DNA of 64,000 bases, from positions 556,696-620,695 of the forward strand of contig MEMB01000002.1 of the NCBI GenBank assembly GCA_001768735.1. The letters run 5' to 3'. Positions 17,365-28,811 of this stretch are shown in pieces; the first letter of the stretch is position 1, and each line of letters opens with the position of its first letter. The notes under the pieces are model-generated. The model ran no database searches. It was not told the origin of the DNA and saw nothing but the letters and a program-made list of their open reading frames with translations. The DNA is from Alphaproteobacteria bacterium GWF2_58_20. Its GTDB lineage: Bacteria; Pseudomonadota; Alphaproteobacteria; UBA1247. A program made the translations under genes and the position numbers.

Positions 17365-18620
17365 TCCCGGAAGATGACCGAGGCATTGGTGCCGCCAAAG
17401 CCGAAGCTGTTGGACATCACCGCCCGCACCCGGCGCTGTTTCGGAGTCTTGGCCACAAGGTCAAGGTCCATGCAGGCTTCCGTGGGATTTTCAAGATTGA
17501 GGGTGGCCGGAACCGCCTGGTTCATGATGGACAGGACCGAATAAATGCCCTCCACCGCACCGGCTGCTCCCAGCAAATGGCCAATGCTCGACTTGGTCGA
17601 AGACATGGAGAGCTGGGTGGCTGCCGCGCCAAACAGGCGTTTCACAGCCATGCATTCAATATCATCTCCCAAGGGAGTGGATGTGCCGTGCGCATTGATG
17701 TAATCAATGTCTTCGGGATTCATCTGCGCCCGTTTCATGGCCATCTGCATGGCCCGGAATGCGCCATTACCATCTGCAGCAGGAGCTGTGATGTGGTTTG
17801 CATCGCCCGAAAGGCCATATCCCACAACTTCCGCAAGGATCTTCGCCCCACGGCGTTTGGCGTGTTCATATTCCTCAAGGACAAGAATGCCTGCGCCTTC
17901 TCCCATGACAAAGCCGTCACGGCCCGCATCAAAGGGGCGCGAGGCCTGTTTTGGATTGTCATTATAACCCGTGGAGAGGGCACGCGAAGCCGCAAAGCCG
18001 GCAACCCCCAAGGCACACAGGGCACATTCAGCACCGCCAGCCACCATGACATCCGCATCATCCATGGCAATGATCCGGGCCGCATCACCTATGGCGTGCG
18101 TTCCCGTGGCGCAAGCCGTCACAACCGAGTGATTCGGCCCCTTGAACCCATGCTTGATGGAAACCCAGCCGGACGCCAGGTTGATGAGACTTGACGGAAT
18201 GAAAAAGGGCGATACGCGACGCGGGCCCTTTTCCTTGAGGAGAATGGACGTTTCATAAATGCTGGGCAAACCACCAATGCCGGAACCGATGATGACACCC
18301 GTGCGCTCACGCGCTTCATCCGTATCAGGCAACCAGCCACTGTTGGCAACCGCTTCATTTGCTGCGGCTATGCCATAAGCGATGAAAGTGTCCATGCGCC
18401 GCTGTTCATTGGACGGGACATGTTCATCCGCTGTCCACTTGCCTTCCGAAAGCGGCCCGTACGGAACCTCGGCGGCAACGCGGCAGGCAATTTCCGATGC
18501 ATCAAACCGGGTGATTGCGCCAACGGCATTTTCTCCTGCCATCAGGCCTTCCCAGTTACGACCAACCCCAACCCCCAACGGGGAGACAACACCCATGCCG
18601 GTAACGACAACGCGACGCAT
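17355..18620 (-). CDS. fabF: 3-oxoacyl-ACP synthase II
   Basis: 421 aa. Active-site Cys region 'HSVVTACATGTHAIGDA'. 'NAHGTSTPLGD' and 'GHLLGAAGA' His motifs. Confidence 0.9.
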   Translation of the reverse strand: MRRVVVTGMGVVSPLGVGVGRNWEGLMAGENAVGAITRFDASEIACRVAAEVPYGPLSEGKWTADEHVPSNEQRRMDTFIAYGIAAANEAVANSGWLPDTDEARERTGVIIGSGIGGLPSIYETSILLKEKGPRRVSPFFIPSSLINLASGWVSIKHGFKGPNHSVVTACATGTHAIGDAARIIAMDDADVMVAGGAECALCALGVAGFAASRALSTGYNDNPKQASRPFDAGRDGFVMGEGAGILVLEEYEHAKRRGAKILAEVVGYGLSGDANHITAPAADGNGAFRAMQMAMKRAQMNPEDIDYINAHGTSTPLGDDIECMAVKRLFGAAATQLSMSSTKSSIGHLLGAAGAVEGIYSVLSIMNQAVPATLNLENPTEACMDLDLVAKTPKQRRVRAVMSNSFGFGGTNASVIFRECK

Positions 18621-18712
18621 GTTTCATGCTCCTTCAAATAAAATTTTGCGCCCGCCTCCCAGGCAGGGAGAATGTCCCTGAACCGGAAAGGGGCGCAAAA
18701 AAATGCACGACT

Positions 18713-18952
18713 TCAGGCAGCCTGATGTTCATTAATGAACTTGATGGCGTCCTTGACCGTGAGAATCTTCTCAGCGGCATCATCCGGGATTTCCACACCG
18801 AATTCTTCTTCGAGGGCCATGACCAGCTCGACCGTGTCGAGGCTGTCGGCGCCCAGGTCATCAATGAAGCTCGCTTCTTCTGTCACCTTGGTTTCATCAA
18901 CGCCGAGGTGCTCGACAACGATCTTCTTCACGCGATCAGTGATTTCGGTCAT
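18713..18952 (-). CDS. acpP: Acyl carrier protein
   Basis: 79 aa. '[21 protein letters not shown]' contains the phosphopantetheine-attachment Ser. Confidence 0.95.
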   Translation of the reverse strand: MTEITDRVKKIVVEHLGVDETKVTEEASFIDDLGADSLDTVELVMALEEEFGVEIPDDAAEKILTVKDAIKFINEHQAA

Positions 18953-19091
18953 TTTGTCCTTCCAGTGTTAGACAATAAAAACAAATTAAAAGCCGTTTTC
19001 CCGGATGGGATCTGGCAAAGTGGCGGTTGGCATACCATATCCATCACCCTTCGTCTAGTCCCTTACCGGAACGCCTTGGAAAGGCTCGGCT

Positions 19092-19829
19092 TCAGATCAT
19101 GGCCATCCCGCCGTTGACGTGGATGGTCTGGCCTGTCACGTATCCAGCCTCTTCGCTCGCAAGGAACGAAATACAGGCGGCTACATCCCCGGCCGAGCCA
19201 AGACGGCCCATCGGGATTTTTACGACGAGCTTGCCTTTCTGCTCGTCGGAAAGTTTGTCGGTCATGGGCGTGGCAATAAACCCCGGCGCCACACAGTTGA
19301 CCGTAATGTTGCGCGAGGCAAGCTCGGCGGCAAGGCATTTGGACATGGCCACCAGGCCGCCCTTGGAAGCGGCATAGTTCGCCTGGCCGGCATTTCCGGT
19401 GGCACCCACAACCGAAGCCAGGCCGATGATGCGGCCATAGCGATTCTTCATCATGCCCCGCATCACGGCCCGCGACAGGCGGAAAGCCGCCGTCAGGTTC
19501 ACGTTCAGCACCAAGTCCCATTCCTCGTCCTTCATGCGCATGGCGAGGTTGTCCCGGGTAAGGCCGGCGTTGTTCACAAGAATGTCAATGCGGCCCATCT
19601 TTTCTTCCGCTTCCGCAGCAATGCGCTCAACTTCTGCTGCATCTCCCAGATTACCCGGAATGCAATGGACATTGCCCCCCAGCTCAGCCGCAAAAGCCTT
19701 CAAGCCTTCCTCGTTCATGTCGGTCAGAGCCAATGTCGCGCCCTGAGCCGCAAAAGCTTTGGCAATGGCGCGTCCAATGCCGCCAGCCGCACCGGTAATC
19801 AGGGCACATTTACCCGTCAAATCAAACAT
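19092..19829 (-). CDS. fabG: 3-oxoacyl-ACP reductase
   Basis: 'ALITGAAGGIGRAIA', 'NAGLTRD' and 'YAASKGG' motifs. Sits between acpP and fabD. Confidence 0.9.
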   Translation of the reverse strand: MFDLTGKCALITGAAGGIGRAIAKAFAAQGATLALTDMNEEGLKAFAAELGGNVHCIPGNLGDAAEVERIAAEAEEKMGRIDILVNNAGLTRDNLAMRMKDEEWDLVLNVNLTAAFRLSRAVMRGMMKNRYGRIIGLASVVGATGNAGQANYAASKGGLVAMSKCLAAELASRNITVNCVAPGFIATPMTDKLSDEQKGKLVVKIPMGRLGSAGDVAACISFLASEEAGYVTGQTIHVNGGMAMI

Positions 19830-20094
19830 GTTGTTTCCTCTTTTTTTGTTTACAGCAATCCAGATTCAACCGTTAAACCCGCCAATCCGCGGTTTCGGCA
19901 TGGGCAGAACACCTGTGTAACGAAACACGGGGCACGATTCCTTCACGCTGCAATCCTTCTCATGGTTGCAGACACAATGGGCGCAATAGCCGATCAGGAT
20001 AAGCATGGTTTCCTTCTCGCTGAGGGAAGAACTGATCTGGTCGGAAAGAATAAAAACCATTTTCCCCAATTTTGCGTTCCCTCGCATTTTTCCC

Positions 20095-21039
20095 TCACTG
20101 AAGTTCTTCAAGAATAGCGGCAATCCCGACCGGATCAGACCCCGAGACAACGGCCATTTCCTTGTCGCAGCGGCGCACGATGCCGGACAGGACATTGCCT
20201 GCCCCCACCTCGACCATCTGCGAAACGCCAGCCTCCTTCATGAAGGCAACGCTTTCGCGCCAGCGCACACGCCCCGTCACCTGCTGTACAAGCAGTTCAC
20301 AGATGGCTACCGGATCAGAAACCAAAGATGCCGTAACATTGGCAACAACAGGAACCGTCGGAACGAGAAGGCGGATTTCCGCCAGTGCTGCCCGCATTTC
20401 CTCGGCCGCAGGGGCCATGAGGGGAGAATGGAACGGTGCACTGACCGCCAGCAGGATAGCGCGCTTGATACCGCGCGCTCCAGCAAGGGCAATGGCGCGT
20501 TCAACGGCGGCCTTGTGACCGCTGATCACAATCTGTCCCGGCGCATTGTCATTTGCGGCCACGCAAACTTCACCCTGCGCAGCTTCCGCCGCAATCGCCT
20601 CGGCAACATCCATCTCTGCGCCGATCAGCGCCGCCATGCCGCCAACACCCACAGGAACCGCACGCTGCATGGCACGGCCACGCAGGCGCAACAGGCGGGC
20701 ACCATCGGCCAGCGACAGGCTTCCCGCAGCCACCAGCGCCGAATATTCTCCCAAGGAATGCCCGGCCACAAACGCGCATTTTTCCGGCAGGCGAAAACCG
20801 CCTTCCTGTTCAAGCACGCGCATGACCGCCATACTCATCGTCATGATGGCGGGCTGGGTATTTTCCGTCAGGCCAAGATCGTCTTCCGGGCCTTCAAAAA
20901 TGATTCGGGACAACTTTTCCGAAAGCGCGTCATCAACTTCCTCGAAAACGGCGCGCGCAGCTGGAAACGCATCGCAAAGCGCACGGCCCATGCCAATGGA
21001 CTGGCTCCCTTGCCCCGGAAATATGAATGCTCGGCTCAT
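20095..21039 (-). CDS. fabD: Malonyl-CoA:ACP transacylase
   Basis: 'FPGQGSQSIGMG' and the active site 'GHSLGEYSALVAAG'. Confidence 0.9.
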   Translation of the reverse strand: MSRAFIFPGQGSQSIGMGRALCDAFPAARAVFEEVDDALSEKLSRIIFEGPEDDLGLTENTQPAIMTMSMAVMRVLEQEGGFRLPEKCAFVAGHSLGEYSALVAAGSLSLADGARLLRLRGRAMQRAVPVGVGGMAALIGAEMDVAEAIAAEAAQGEVCVAANDNAPGQIVISGHKAAVERAIALAGARGIKRAILLAVSAPFHSPLMAPAAEEMRAALAEIRLLVPTVPVVANVTASLVSDPVAICELLVQQVTGRVRWRESVAFMKEAGVSQMVEVGAGNVLSGIVRRCDKEMAVVSGSDPVGIAAILEELQ

Positions 21040-21342
21040 GTTTTTTTCATCCAGATGTTGATGAAGCGCGGGGATTCATGCTCTCCTTCCGGATTTTTGT
21101 CAAGTTTACTTGTTTTTCAAATGCTTATATATAAAAACAACCCTTCAAAACCAACCAAACCACAAATTCAATCATCTTCCGGACTTCTTTTTTCTGCCCC
21201 CCTGTGGCCACGGACTGGAAAATGGGCTGATTGCCAGATGTTTTACCATACCACTCCTTATAAGTGAAAAACCCCCTTGCCCTTTCCGCCTTTGATGGTC
21301 TAGGTTGTGCGCCTTTTCAACCTTGCAGGGAAAGCAACGGGC

Positions 21343-21930
21343 ATGAACCTCCTTCTCGCCAGCCTTCTGGGCTATCTCCTTGGCAGCATCCCTTTCGGGC
21401 TCATCCTGACCCGGATGGCCGGCCATGGCGATATCCGCAGCATTGGCTCCGGCAACATCGGCGCAACCAATGTCCTGCGCACCGGAAAGAAAAGCCTGGC
21501 CCTGGCCACCTTATTCCTTGACGCGGGCAAGGGCGCCGCCGCCATTGGCCTGGCCCATCTCATCGGACAGCCCGAACTTGCCCCCATGGCTGGGGGATTC
21601 GCGCTTCTTGGGCACATTTTCCCGGTCTGGCTTGGCTTTTCCGGTGGCAAAGGCGTGGCAACAGCGCTTGGCACCATGCTGGCCATTGCCTGGCCTGCCG
21701 GCATGGCCTCCTGCCTGACCTGGCTCGCCATCGCCCTGACATTCCGTTACTCTTCCCTCTCGGCCATCGTGGCCATTGTCTTTGCTCCCACCTACCTGTT
21801 CATATGGGCCTCTCCTGCCATCGCAGCCGGGGCCATCCCGCTTGTCCTCATCATCCTGTGGAGGCACAAAACCAACATCGCCCGCCTCATCCGCCACGAA
21901 GAACCAAAGATTGGCCAGAAGAAATCATGA
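21343..21930 (+). CDS. plsY: Glycerol-3-phosphate acyltransferase PlsY
   Basis: 'LGYLLGSIPFGLIL...GSGNIGATNVLRTG'. Polytopic membrane protein. ATG at 21343 within ORF 21307..21930. Confidence 0.85.
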   Translation: MNLLLASLLGYLLGSIPFGLILTRMAGHGDIRSIGSGNIGATNVLRTGKKSLALATLFLDAGKGAAAIGLAHLIGQPELAPMAGGFALLGHIFPVWLGFSGGKGVATALGTMLAIAWPAGMASCLTWLAIALTFRYSSLSAIVAIVFAPTYLFIWASPAIAAGAIPLVLIILWRHKTNIARLIRHEEPKIGQKKS

Positions 21931-23048
21931 CCATGCCCTTGCCACGCGATGAAAAGGTTCAATGGATCCGGCTTTTCCGAACGGAAAATGTCGGTCCCGT
22001 TACCTTCGCATGGCTGATTTCCACCTACAAAACCGCCAGCGCCGCCATTGATGCCCTGCCCCAACTCAGCCGCCGGGGCGGACGTTCAAGGCCGTTGAAC
22101 GCTATCTCCAGAGCCGCTGCCGAGCGTGAACTGGAATGGGCAGAAAAACGCGGGATTCGCATCATTGCCTCCTGTGAACCGGATTATCCTGTCCTGCTTT
22201 CCCATATTTCCGATGCGCCCCCCCTTCTTGCCATCATGGGAAACCCGGGCCTTTTGGGACAGCCCTGCATTTCCATTGTCGGTTCCCGCAACGCATCCCT
22301 TGCCGGAAACCGCCTTGCACAGCAGTTTGCCCGTGAAATCGGAGCTGCCGGATGCACGGTTGTCTCCGGTCTCGCCCGCGGGATTGACACTGCAGCCCAC
22401 AAGGGGGCGCTGGCTTCTGGCACCGCCGCCGTCATGGCCGGAGGGATTGATGTTGTTTATCCTCCCGAAAACCGGCCCCTTTACGAAGAAATCCGGGAAC
22501 ATGGCGTTATCGTCTCGGAATGCGCCCCGGAAACCCAGCCCACCGCCCATCATTTTCCCCGTCGCAACCGGATTGTTTCCGGCCTGTCGCTGGGAACCCT
22601 TGTTGTGGAAGCCAGCGCCCGATCTGGCTCGCTCATCACGGCACGACTGGCAGCGGAACAGGGACGTGAGGTGTTTGCCATTCCAGGATCACCGCTGGAG
22701 CCGCGCAGCTTCGGTCCCAACCAGCTCATCCGCGATGGCGCCGCCATGGCCACCACATCCGCAGACATCCTGGATTTCATCCGCAACACCCATACCCGCC
22801 TGGGTGAACGGCAGGGAAACCTGTTTGATTCGCCCTCCAGCCCGCCTCCCGGCGATTCGGAAATGGATGCAACCCGAACACTTTTGCTTGAAAAGCTGGG
22901 CACCACCCCTGTATCCATTGACGAAACCATCCGGGAATGCGACGTCTCCTGCGCAACCCTGATGGCCCTGCTTGCCGAACTTGAAATCGCCGGCCGCATC
23001 GCGCGGCTGCCTGGAAACCGCATATGCCTCGTCCCGGAAGAACCATGA
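21927..23048 (+). CDS. dprA: DNA-processing protein DprA
   Basis: 'IVGSRNASLAGNRLAQQFAREIGAAGCTVVSGLARGIDTAAHKGAL' is the Rossmann-like DprA core. 4-nt overlap with the plsY stop and with the topA start. Confidence 0.8.
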   Translation: MTMPLPRDEKVQWIRLFRTENVGPVTFAWLISTYKTASAAIDALPQLSRRGGRSRPLNAISRAAAERELEWAEKRGIRIIASCEPDYPVLLSHISDAPPLLAIMGNPGLLGQPCISIVGSRNASLAGNRLAQQFAREIGAAGCTVVSGLARGIDTAAHKGALASGTAAVMAGGIDVVYPPENRPLYEEIREHGVIVSECAPETQPTAHHFPRRNRIVSGLSLGTLVVEASARSGSLITARLAAEQGREVFAIPGSPLEPRSFGPNQLIRDGAAMATTSADILDFIRNTHTRLGERQGNLFDSPSSPPPGDSEMDATRTLLLEKLGTTPVSIDETIRECDVSCATLMALLAELEIAGRIARLPGNRICLVPEEP

Positions 23049-25642
23049 ACAAAACATCCTCCCCCGTCAGCGCCGTCGTCGTCGAATCTCCGGCCAAGGC
23101 CAAGACCATCAACAAATATCTCGGCCCAGGCTATGAGGTCATCGCATCCATGGGGCATATCCGCGACCTGCTGCCCAAGGATGGGTCGGTGCGCCCGGAC
23201 GAAGGCTTTGCCATGACATGGGCCACTTCGGCCCGCGCCGAAAAGCCCCTTTCCGCCATTACCAAGGTTCTCAAAAAAGGCGGAAAACTCATTCTCGCAA
23301 CTGACCCTGACCGCGAGGGAGAAGCCATTTCCTGGCATATTCGCGATGTCCTGGCCGAACGTGGCCTCGTGGACCCCAAGGAAGCATCGCGCGTTACCTT
23401 CAATGAAATTACGGAAAAAGCCATCAAGGAAGCTTTTGCCAAACCGCGCGACCTCGACCACGCCCTGGTGGATGCCTATCTTGCCCGCCGGGCGCTTGAT
23501 TATCTCGTGGGGTTCAACCTGTCCCCCGTCCTCTGGCGCAAACTGCCTGGTTCAAAATCGGCGGGACGCGTCCAGTCGGTGGCCCTGCGCCTGATCTGCG
23601 AACGCGAAGGCGAGATTGAAACCTTCAAGACCCGTGAATACTGGACCATTGGCGGCAGCTTCACCACCCACAAGGGGGAGGCTTTCCAAGCCACACTCAC
23701 CCATCTGGATGCAAAAAAACTTGCCAAGTTTGACATCCCGGATGAAACCAGCGCCCACGCGATTACCAGCCGCCTGCTTCCCCTTTCATGGACCATTGCG
23801 GCCAGTGAGCGCAAACCCGCCCGCCGCAGCCCGAACCCGCCATTCATCACCTCCACCCTGCAACAGGAAGCCTCGCGCAAACTTGGATTTTCCGCCAGTC
23901 GCACCATGTCTGTTGCCCAGCGTCTTTATGAAGGTGTGGATATTGGCGGGGAACTCGTGGGCCTCATCACCTACATGCGTACGGATGGCACCCAGATCTC
24001 CAGCGATGCCGTAACAGCCACCCGCCATCTCATCGCTGACAGTTTTGGGGAGAACTATTGCCCCGCCAAGCCACGCTTCTTCAAATCCAAGGTCAAAAAT
24101 GCCCAGGAAGCCCATGAAGCCATCCGCCCAACGGATGTTTTCCGCAGGCCGGAAAGCATTGCCGCACATCTTGAACGCGACGAGCTGCGCCTTTATGAAC
24201 TCATCTGGAAGCGCATGGTGGCCTGCCAGATGGCAGATGCCATTCTGGAACAGGTCAGCGCCGACATTGACGCCGACAATGGCAGCGCCCGCTTCCATGC
24301 CACCGGCTCGACAGTGGATTTTGATGGTTTCCTGAAACTTTACGAGGAAGGCCGCGACGAAACCGGTGAAGATGAAAAATCCGCCAACCGCCTTCCCGCC
24401 CTTGTGGTAGGCGAGGAAGCCCGCCGGACGGCCATCATTCCGGACCAGCACTTCACGGAACCCCCGCCGCGCTATTCCGAAGCCAGCCTTGTGAAAAAGC
24501 TGGAAGAACTGGGAATCGGACGCCCTTCCACCTATGCCAGCATCATTGCCGTCCTTCAGGAACGCGAATATGTGCGACTGGAGAAAAAACGTTTCATTCC
24601 GGAAGACCGTGGCCGCATTGTCACCTCCTTCCTGGAAGCCTTCTTCTCCCGTTATGTGGAATACAACTTCACCGCCGACCTTGAGGAAGAGCTGGACCAT
24701 ATTGCCTCCGGCGACATGGTATGGCGCAAAACCCTTGAAACCTTCTGGAAATCCTTTTCATCCTCGGTTGGCGAAGCCCGGGAACTTCCATCCCAGGAAG
24801 TTCTTGCCCAGCTTGACCAAAAACTGGATGCCCATTATTTCCCGCATGTTGAAGGCGCACCTGATCCCCGCATCTGTCCGACCTGCGGCACAGGCAGGCT
24901 ATCCCTGCGCCTGAGTCGTTATGGCGCCTTCATCGGATGTTCCAATTATCCCGCCTGCCCCTACACCCGAAAAATCAGCGGAGATGGTGCGGGCCAGGAA
25001 GGCAGCGTACGTCCGGAAGCCAAACTCCTTGGCGAAGATCCAACCACGGGGAAAGCCGTAACCCTCCGTCACGGCCCCTATGGCGTCTATGTCCAGCTTG
25101 GGGAATCCGAAGCCAGGACCAAGGGGCGCAAGGCATCAACCGATGGGCCACGACGCACCTCCCTTCCAAAAGACATGAAGGAGGAAGATATCACGCTCCC
25201 CCTCGCCCTTTCCCTTCTGGCGCTCCCAAAAACCCTTGGACACCACCCGGAAACCGGCGAGGAAGTGGTTGTTGGCATTGGCCGTTACGGCCCCTTCATC
25301 CGTGTGGGGAAAACCTATCACAACATTCCGGCAGGCCATGACCTTCTTGGGCAAACGCTTGAAAGCGCCATTACCATCGCTTCAACCAGGGCCCAGAAAA
25401 AAACGGAGGGACGGGAAATCGGCCAGCATCCGGAAAGCGGCGCTCCGGTTTCCGTGCATGAAGGACGTTACGGTCCTTATGTCAAATGCGGGAAAATATC
25501 CGCTTCCCTGCCACGCGGCATGGATCCCGCCAACCTGACCATGGAAGAAGCCGTGACCCTTGTTGCCGCAAAAGCCGAAAAAGGGAGCAGCGGCAAAAAA
25601 CCCGCGCAGCGCAAAACAACCAGGACACAGAAGAAAAAATAA
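23045..25642 (+). CDS. topA: DNA topoisomerase I
   Basis: '[17 protein letters not shown]' Toprim N-terminus. Active-site Tyr region '[14 protein letters not shown]'. C-terminal Zn-ribbon/Toprim repeats. The start could instead be 23024. Confidence 0.9.
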   Translation: MNKTSSPVSAVVVESPAKAKTINKYLGPGYEVIASMGHIRDLLPKDGSVRPDEGFAMTWATSARAEKPLSAITKVLKKGGKLILATDPDREGEAISWHIRDVLAERGLVDPKEASRVTFNEITEKAIKEAFAKPRDLDHALVDAYLARRALDYLVGFNLSPVLWRKLPGSKSAGRVQSVALRLICEREGEIETFKTREYWTIGGSFTTHKGEAFQATLTHLDAKKLAKFDIPDETSAHAITSRLLPLSWTIAASERKPARRSPNPPFITSTLQQEASRKLGFSASRTMSVAQRLYEGVDIGGELVGLITYMRTDGTQISSDAVTATRHLIADSFGENYCPAKPRFFKSKVKNAQEAHEAIRPTDVFRRPESIAAHLERDELRLYELIWKRMVACQMADAILEQVSADIDADNGSARFHATGSTVDFDGFLKLYEEGRDETGEDEKSANRLPALVVGEEARRTAIIPDQHFTEPPPRYSEASLVKKLEELGIGRPSTYASIIAVLQEREYVRLEKKRFIPEDRGRIVTSFLEAFFSRYVEYNFTADLEEELDHIASGDMVWRKTLETFWKSFSSSVGEARELPSQEVLAQLDQKLDAHYFPHVEGAPDPRICPTCGTGRLSLRLSRYGAFIGCSNYPACPYTRKISGDGAGQEGSVRPEAKLLGEDPTTGKAVTLRHGPYGVYVQLGESEARTKGRKASTDGPRRTSLPKDMKEEDITLPLALSLLALPKTLGHHPETGEEVVVGIGRYGPFIRVGKTYHNIPAGHDLLGQTLESAITIASTRAQKKTEGREIGQHPESGAPVSVHEGRYGPYVKCGKISASLPRGMDPANLTMEEAVTLVAAKAEKGSSGKKPAQRKTTRTQKKK

Positions 25643-25719
25643 AGGGATTGCATTGTAGGTTTCCATGTCTTTTCCAAAGGACATTTTCCTGCAGTACTCT
25701 CTCTGGAAGGATATTCCTC

Positions 25720-26895
25720 ATGCCCAGAAGCCATTACACCTTCACCAGCGAATCCGTTTCCGAAGGGCATCCCGACAAGCTGTGCGACCAGATTTCCGAT
25801 TCAATCCTTGATGCCTATCTCGCCGTGGATCCCTCTGCGCATGTCGCCTGTGAATGCCTGGCCACCACAAACCGTCTGGTGATTGCCGGAGAAGTGCGTT
25901 CCATCCTTCCCCTGTCCATGGACGCCCTTATTGATGTCGCCCGGACATCGGTGCGCGACATCGGCTATGAACAGGATGGATTCCACTGGGAACGGATGGA
26001 TGTGGACGTGCTTTTGCATGCCCAGAGCACAGACATTTCCATGGGCGTTGACGCCGATATTGGAAAAGATGAAGGCGCAGGCGACCAAGGCATCATGTTT
26101 GGATATGCTTGCCGGGAAACCGATGCCCTCATGCCTGCCCCCATCCATTTTGCCCACAACATTCTTCACCGACTGGCCCGTGAACGCAAATCCGGCGCCC
26201 TTCCCCAACTCCTCCCGGACGCAAAAAGCCAAGTCTCTCTTGTCTATGAAAACGGAAAACCTGTCCGCACCACCGCCATTGTCGTATCCACACAACACCA
26301 ATCGGGAATCTCCCCGGGGGAAATCCGCGAAATCATCCGTCCCCATGTCGTGGCCAGCCTGCCTGAGGGCTGGATATGCGATGATGCACATTTTTACGTC
26401 AACCCCACCGGCCGTTTTGTCATTGGTGGCCCTGATGGCGACACAGGTCTTACGGGACGCAAGATCATTGTCGATACCTATGGCGGGGCAGCCCCCCATG
26501 GCGGCGGCGCCTTCTCCGGCAAGGATCCCTCCAAGGTGGATCGTTCAGCCAGCTACATGGCCCGTTATCTTGCCAAGAACGTTGTCGCGGCCGACCTGGC
26601 CGACCGCTGCACCATCCAGATCGCCTATGCCATCGGGATTTCCACCCCGGTGGCTTTCTACATCAACCTGCATGACACCGGACGGGTAGATGAGGAGAAA
26701 CTTTCCTCAACGCTCCAGGACATGATGGACCTGAGCCCACGAGGCATCAGGGCGCATCTTGGCCTTGCCCGCCCCATTTACGCCCGCACGGCAGCTTACG
26801 GCCATTTTGGCCGCCCCCCTGACAAGGATGGCGGTTTTTCATGGGAAAAAACAGACCTGGCTGCCAGCCTGCGCAACGCATTTGGTGAAAAATGA
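25720..26895 (+). CDS. metK: S-adenosylmethionine synthetase
   Basis: '[20 protein letters not shown]', '[12 protein letters not shown]' and '[19 protein letters not shown]' motifs. ATG at 25720; the upstream part of ORF 25486 is non-coding. Confidence 0.95.
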   Translation: MPRSHYTFTSESVSEGHPDKLCDQISDSILDAYLAVDPSAHVACECLATTNRLVIAGEVRSILPLSMDALIDVARTSVRDIGYEQDGFHWERMDVDVLLHAQSTDISMGVDADIGKDEGAGDQGIMFGYACRETDALMPAPIHFAHNILHRLARERKSGALPQLLPDAKSQVSLVYENGKPVRTTAIVVSTQHQSGISPGEIREIIRPHVVASLPEGWICDDAHFYVNPTGRFVIGGPDGDTGLTGRKIIVDTYGGAAPHGGGAFSGKDPSKVDRSASYMARYLAKNVVAADLADRCTIQIAYAIGISTPVAFYINLHDTGRVDEEKLSSTLQDMMDLSPRGIRAHLGLARPIYARTAAYGHFGRPPDKDGGFSWEKTDLAASLRNAFGEK

Positions 26896-27608
26896 CCCAA
26901 AACACAGAGAATCCCACTCCCCACCGACTCTATGGCCGCCGGATGGGCCGCCGCCTGCATGAAACACGCAGCCATGCCCTTGAAACCGGGCTTCCGGAAC
27001 TTGGCATCACCCTGCCTGAAAATGGCGGGGGAATTGATCCATTTTCCCTTTTCCACATGCAGGTTTCCGAGGTGTGGCTTGAAGTGGGGTTTGGCAATGG
27101 CGAACACCTCATCGAACAGCTCAAAGCCAACCCGAATGTGGGCATCATTGGCTGCGAACCCTTCATGAATGGCGTTTCGGCACTGCTCAACGATGTCCCC
27201 GCAGACATGCGTGGCCGCCTTGCCATTTACCCGGATGACGCAGCCGCCCTGCTTGACCGTCTGCCGGAAAACTGCATCTCAAGAACCTTTGTCCTTTTCC
27301 CGGATCCATGGCCCAAAAAACGCCACCGCAAGCGCCGCTTCATCCGCGAAGAAAATCTTGACCGTCTGGCCCGCACCATGAAAGATGACGCCGAATTGCG
27401 CATGGGCACCGATATCCGTGAGCTGGGTTTCTGGATGTTCATCCATACAGCCCGCCATGGCGCCTTCCATTTCCTGCAAAAAGGCCCGCATGAATGGCGA
27501 CGGAGAACCCCTGACTGGCCGGAAACCCGCTATGAACAGAAGGGGATTGCTGCCGGCCGCAGGCCTGTCTATCTGCGTTTTGCCCGAAACCTGCGACAAA
27601 GGCCTTGA
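26892..27608 (+). CDS. trmB: tRNA (guanine46-N7)-methyltransferase
   Basis: '[13 protein letters not shown]', '[12 protein letters not shown]' and '[17 protein letters not shown]' motifs. 4-nt overlap with metK. Confidence 0.85.
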   Translation: MTQNTENPTPHRLYGRRMGRRLHETRSHALETGLPELGITLPENGGGIDPFSLFHMQVSEVWLEVGFGNGEHLIEQLKANPNVGIIGCEPFMNGVSALLNDVPADMRGRLAIYPDDAAALLDRLPENCISRTFVLFPDPWPKKRHRKRRFIREENLDRLARTMKDDAELRMGTDIRELGFWMFIHTARHGAFHFLQKGPHEWRRRTPDWPETRYEQKGIAAGRRPVYLRFARNLRQRP

Positions 27609-27692
27609 CAAGTTCAGCAATCCAGCTATTTTACCCCCCAATTCAATCACCTTCCAGCGCTGCATGCGCGGATCAATGGAAAGAGCGAGATC

Positions 27693-27860
27693 ATGGCCAA
27701 AGCTGCAAACATTCTCATCAAGCTGGTGAGCACCGCCGGAACGGGATTCTACTATGTCACCACCAAGAATCCGCGCACCAAGACGGAAAAATTCAAGTTC
27801 AAGAAGTATGATCCCAAGGTCAGGAAGCACGTAGAATTCACTGAATCCAAGATCAAGTAA
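27693..27860 (+). CDS. rpmG: 50S ribosomal protein L33
   Basis: Hand translation gives [55 protein letters not shown], 55 aa. It is missing from the ORF track because it falls below the 60-aa cutoff. Confidence 0.9.
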   Translation: MAKAANILIKLVSTAGTGFYYVTTKNPRTKTEKFKFKKYDPKVRKHVEFTESKIK

Positions 27861-27907
27861 GATCAGGATTGCCGGTCTGTCCTTTTGTGGCAGACATTGC
27901 ACCAGAC

Positions 27908-27942
27908 AAAAGGGCCATGGATTTCTCCATGGCCCTTTTCCT
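27908..27942 (+). terminator. Rho-independent terminator after rpmG
   Basis: Perfect 13-bp stem AAAGGGCCATGGA-tttc-TCCATGGCCCTTT followed by TCC. Confidence 0.7.
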
Positions 27943-28026
27943 TGCATCCCTGTATGCCGCTAACCCACGACAAGCATACAAACAATCACAAAACGCACGT
28001 CTGCGGCATCCTGTTTTAGATGGGTA

Positions 28027-28704
28027 TCAGCCGCGCGGCGCAATATTCCACAACACACACAAACACTGTTTCCTGCACCAAAAAGGCTGAGACTGGTCGG
28101 GCTGGAAATACCAGTTATCGAGCAGGTATAGGAGATAATCCTTTTCAGGAAACGATGGACGCGCCTTGGCCATGGAAAGGGGGGTATTGCCCTCAAGGTC
28201 CGGTTCAGATGCCCCCCTGCTCTGCTTGAGCAAAAGACCAGTCACCACACCAGAACTGCATTTGGCGGCCGCATAATGCAAAACCATTTTTCCCTGGGCG
28301 TTCTTTGCAAAAACATCCGCGTTTGCCAGCACCAGTTTATTAACAACCCGACCATGGCCGCCGTCGGCCGCCAGCATGATGGCGGTGTTGCCATCCTTAT
28401 CTTGAACATCAAGATGGCATCCCATTTCAACGAGCAGGCCCACAATCTTTTCATGCCCCCCCATGGCAGCCAGATGAACAGCTGTGCGGCCATCCCCGTC
28501 TTCAGCGTGAATATTGCCCCCCCGCTCGACAAAAGACATGAGCTGCGCATCATTTCCGGCAGCAGCGGCCGCCAGAAAATCCGGGGTAACATCAGCCACC
28601 GGCTGAGTCATTCCCGAAACCTTCCTGATAGCCTCCGCGCCAAGATTTTCGCTTTTTTTCTTGTTATGCATGGTTTCCCCCTGCACTTCAGCATTTGAAT
28701 TCAT
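28027..28704 (-). CDS. Ankyrin-repeat protein (about 5 repeats)
   Basis: 'DGRTAVHLAAMGGHEKIVGLLVEMGCHLDVQDKDGNTAIMLAADGGHGRVVNKLVLANADV...GKMVLHYAA...GNTPLSMA' shows tandem ANK repeats. Confidence 0.75.
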   Translation of the reverse strand: MNSNAEVQGETMHNKKKSENLGAEAIRKVSGMTQPVADVTPDFLAAAAAGNDAQLMSFVERGGNIHAEDGDGRTAVHLAAMGGHEKIVGLLVEMGCHLDVQDKDGNTAIMLAADGGHGRVVNKLVLANADVFAKNAQGKMVLHYAAAKCSSGVVTGLLLKQSRGASEPDLEGNTPLSMAKARPSFPEKDYLLYLLDNWYFQPDQSQPFWCRKQCLCVLWNIAPRG

Positions 28705-28811
28705 GGCCTGAAGGTGCGCTTTCCGGAGGCAAAAAACAATTCACAGAAATGCATGGCTGCCCTGCAAAAAACAGATGGCTTGCCGCAAAAACATGTTTTG
28801 GTGAAATATTT

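Noticed and set aside
21040-21342. AT-rich fabD/plsY divergent intergenic region as a specific regulator-binding site
   Set aside because: It clearly holds the promoters for both operons, but I could not identify a defined operator (FabR/FadR/FabT-type palindromes were absent), so I did not call one.
25486-25719. Long N-terminal extension of the metK ORF (78 extra codons)
   Set aside because: The extension is Arg/Lys-rich junk overlapping the topA 3' end. The conserved MetK N-terminus ([12 protein letters not shown]) starts right after the ATG at 25720.
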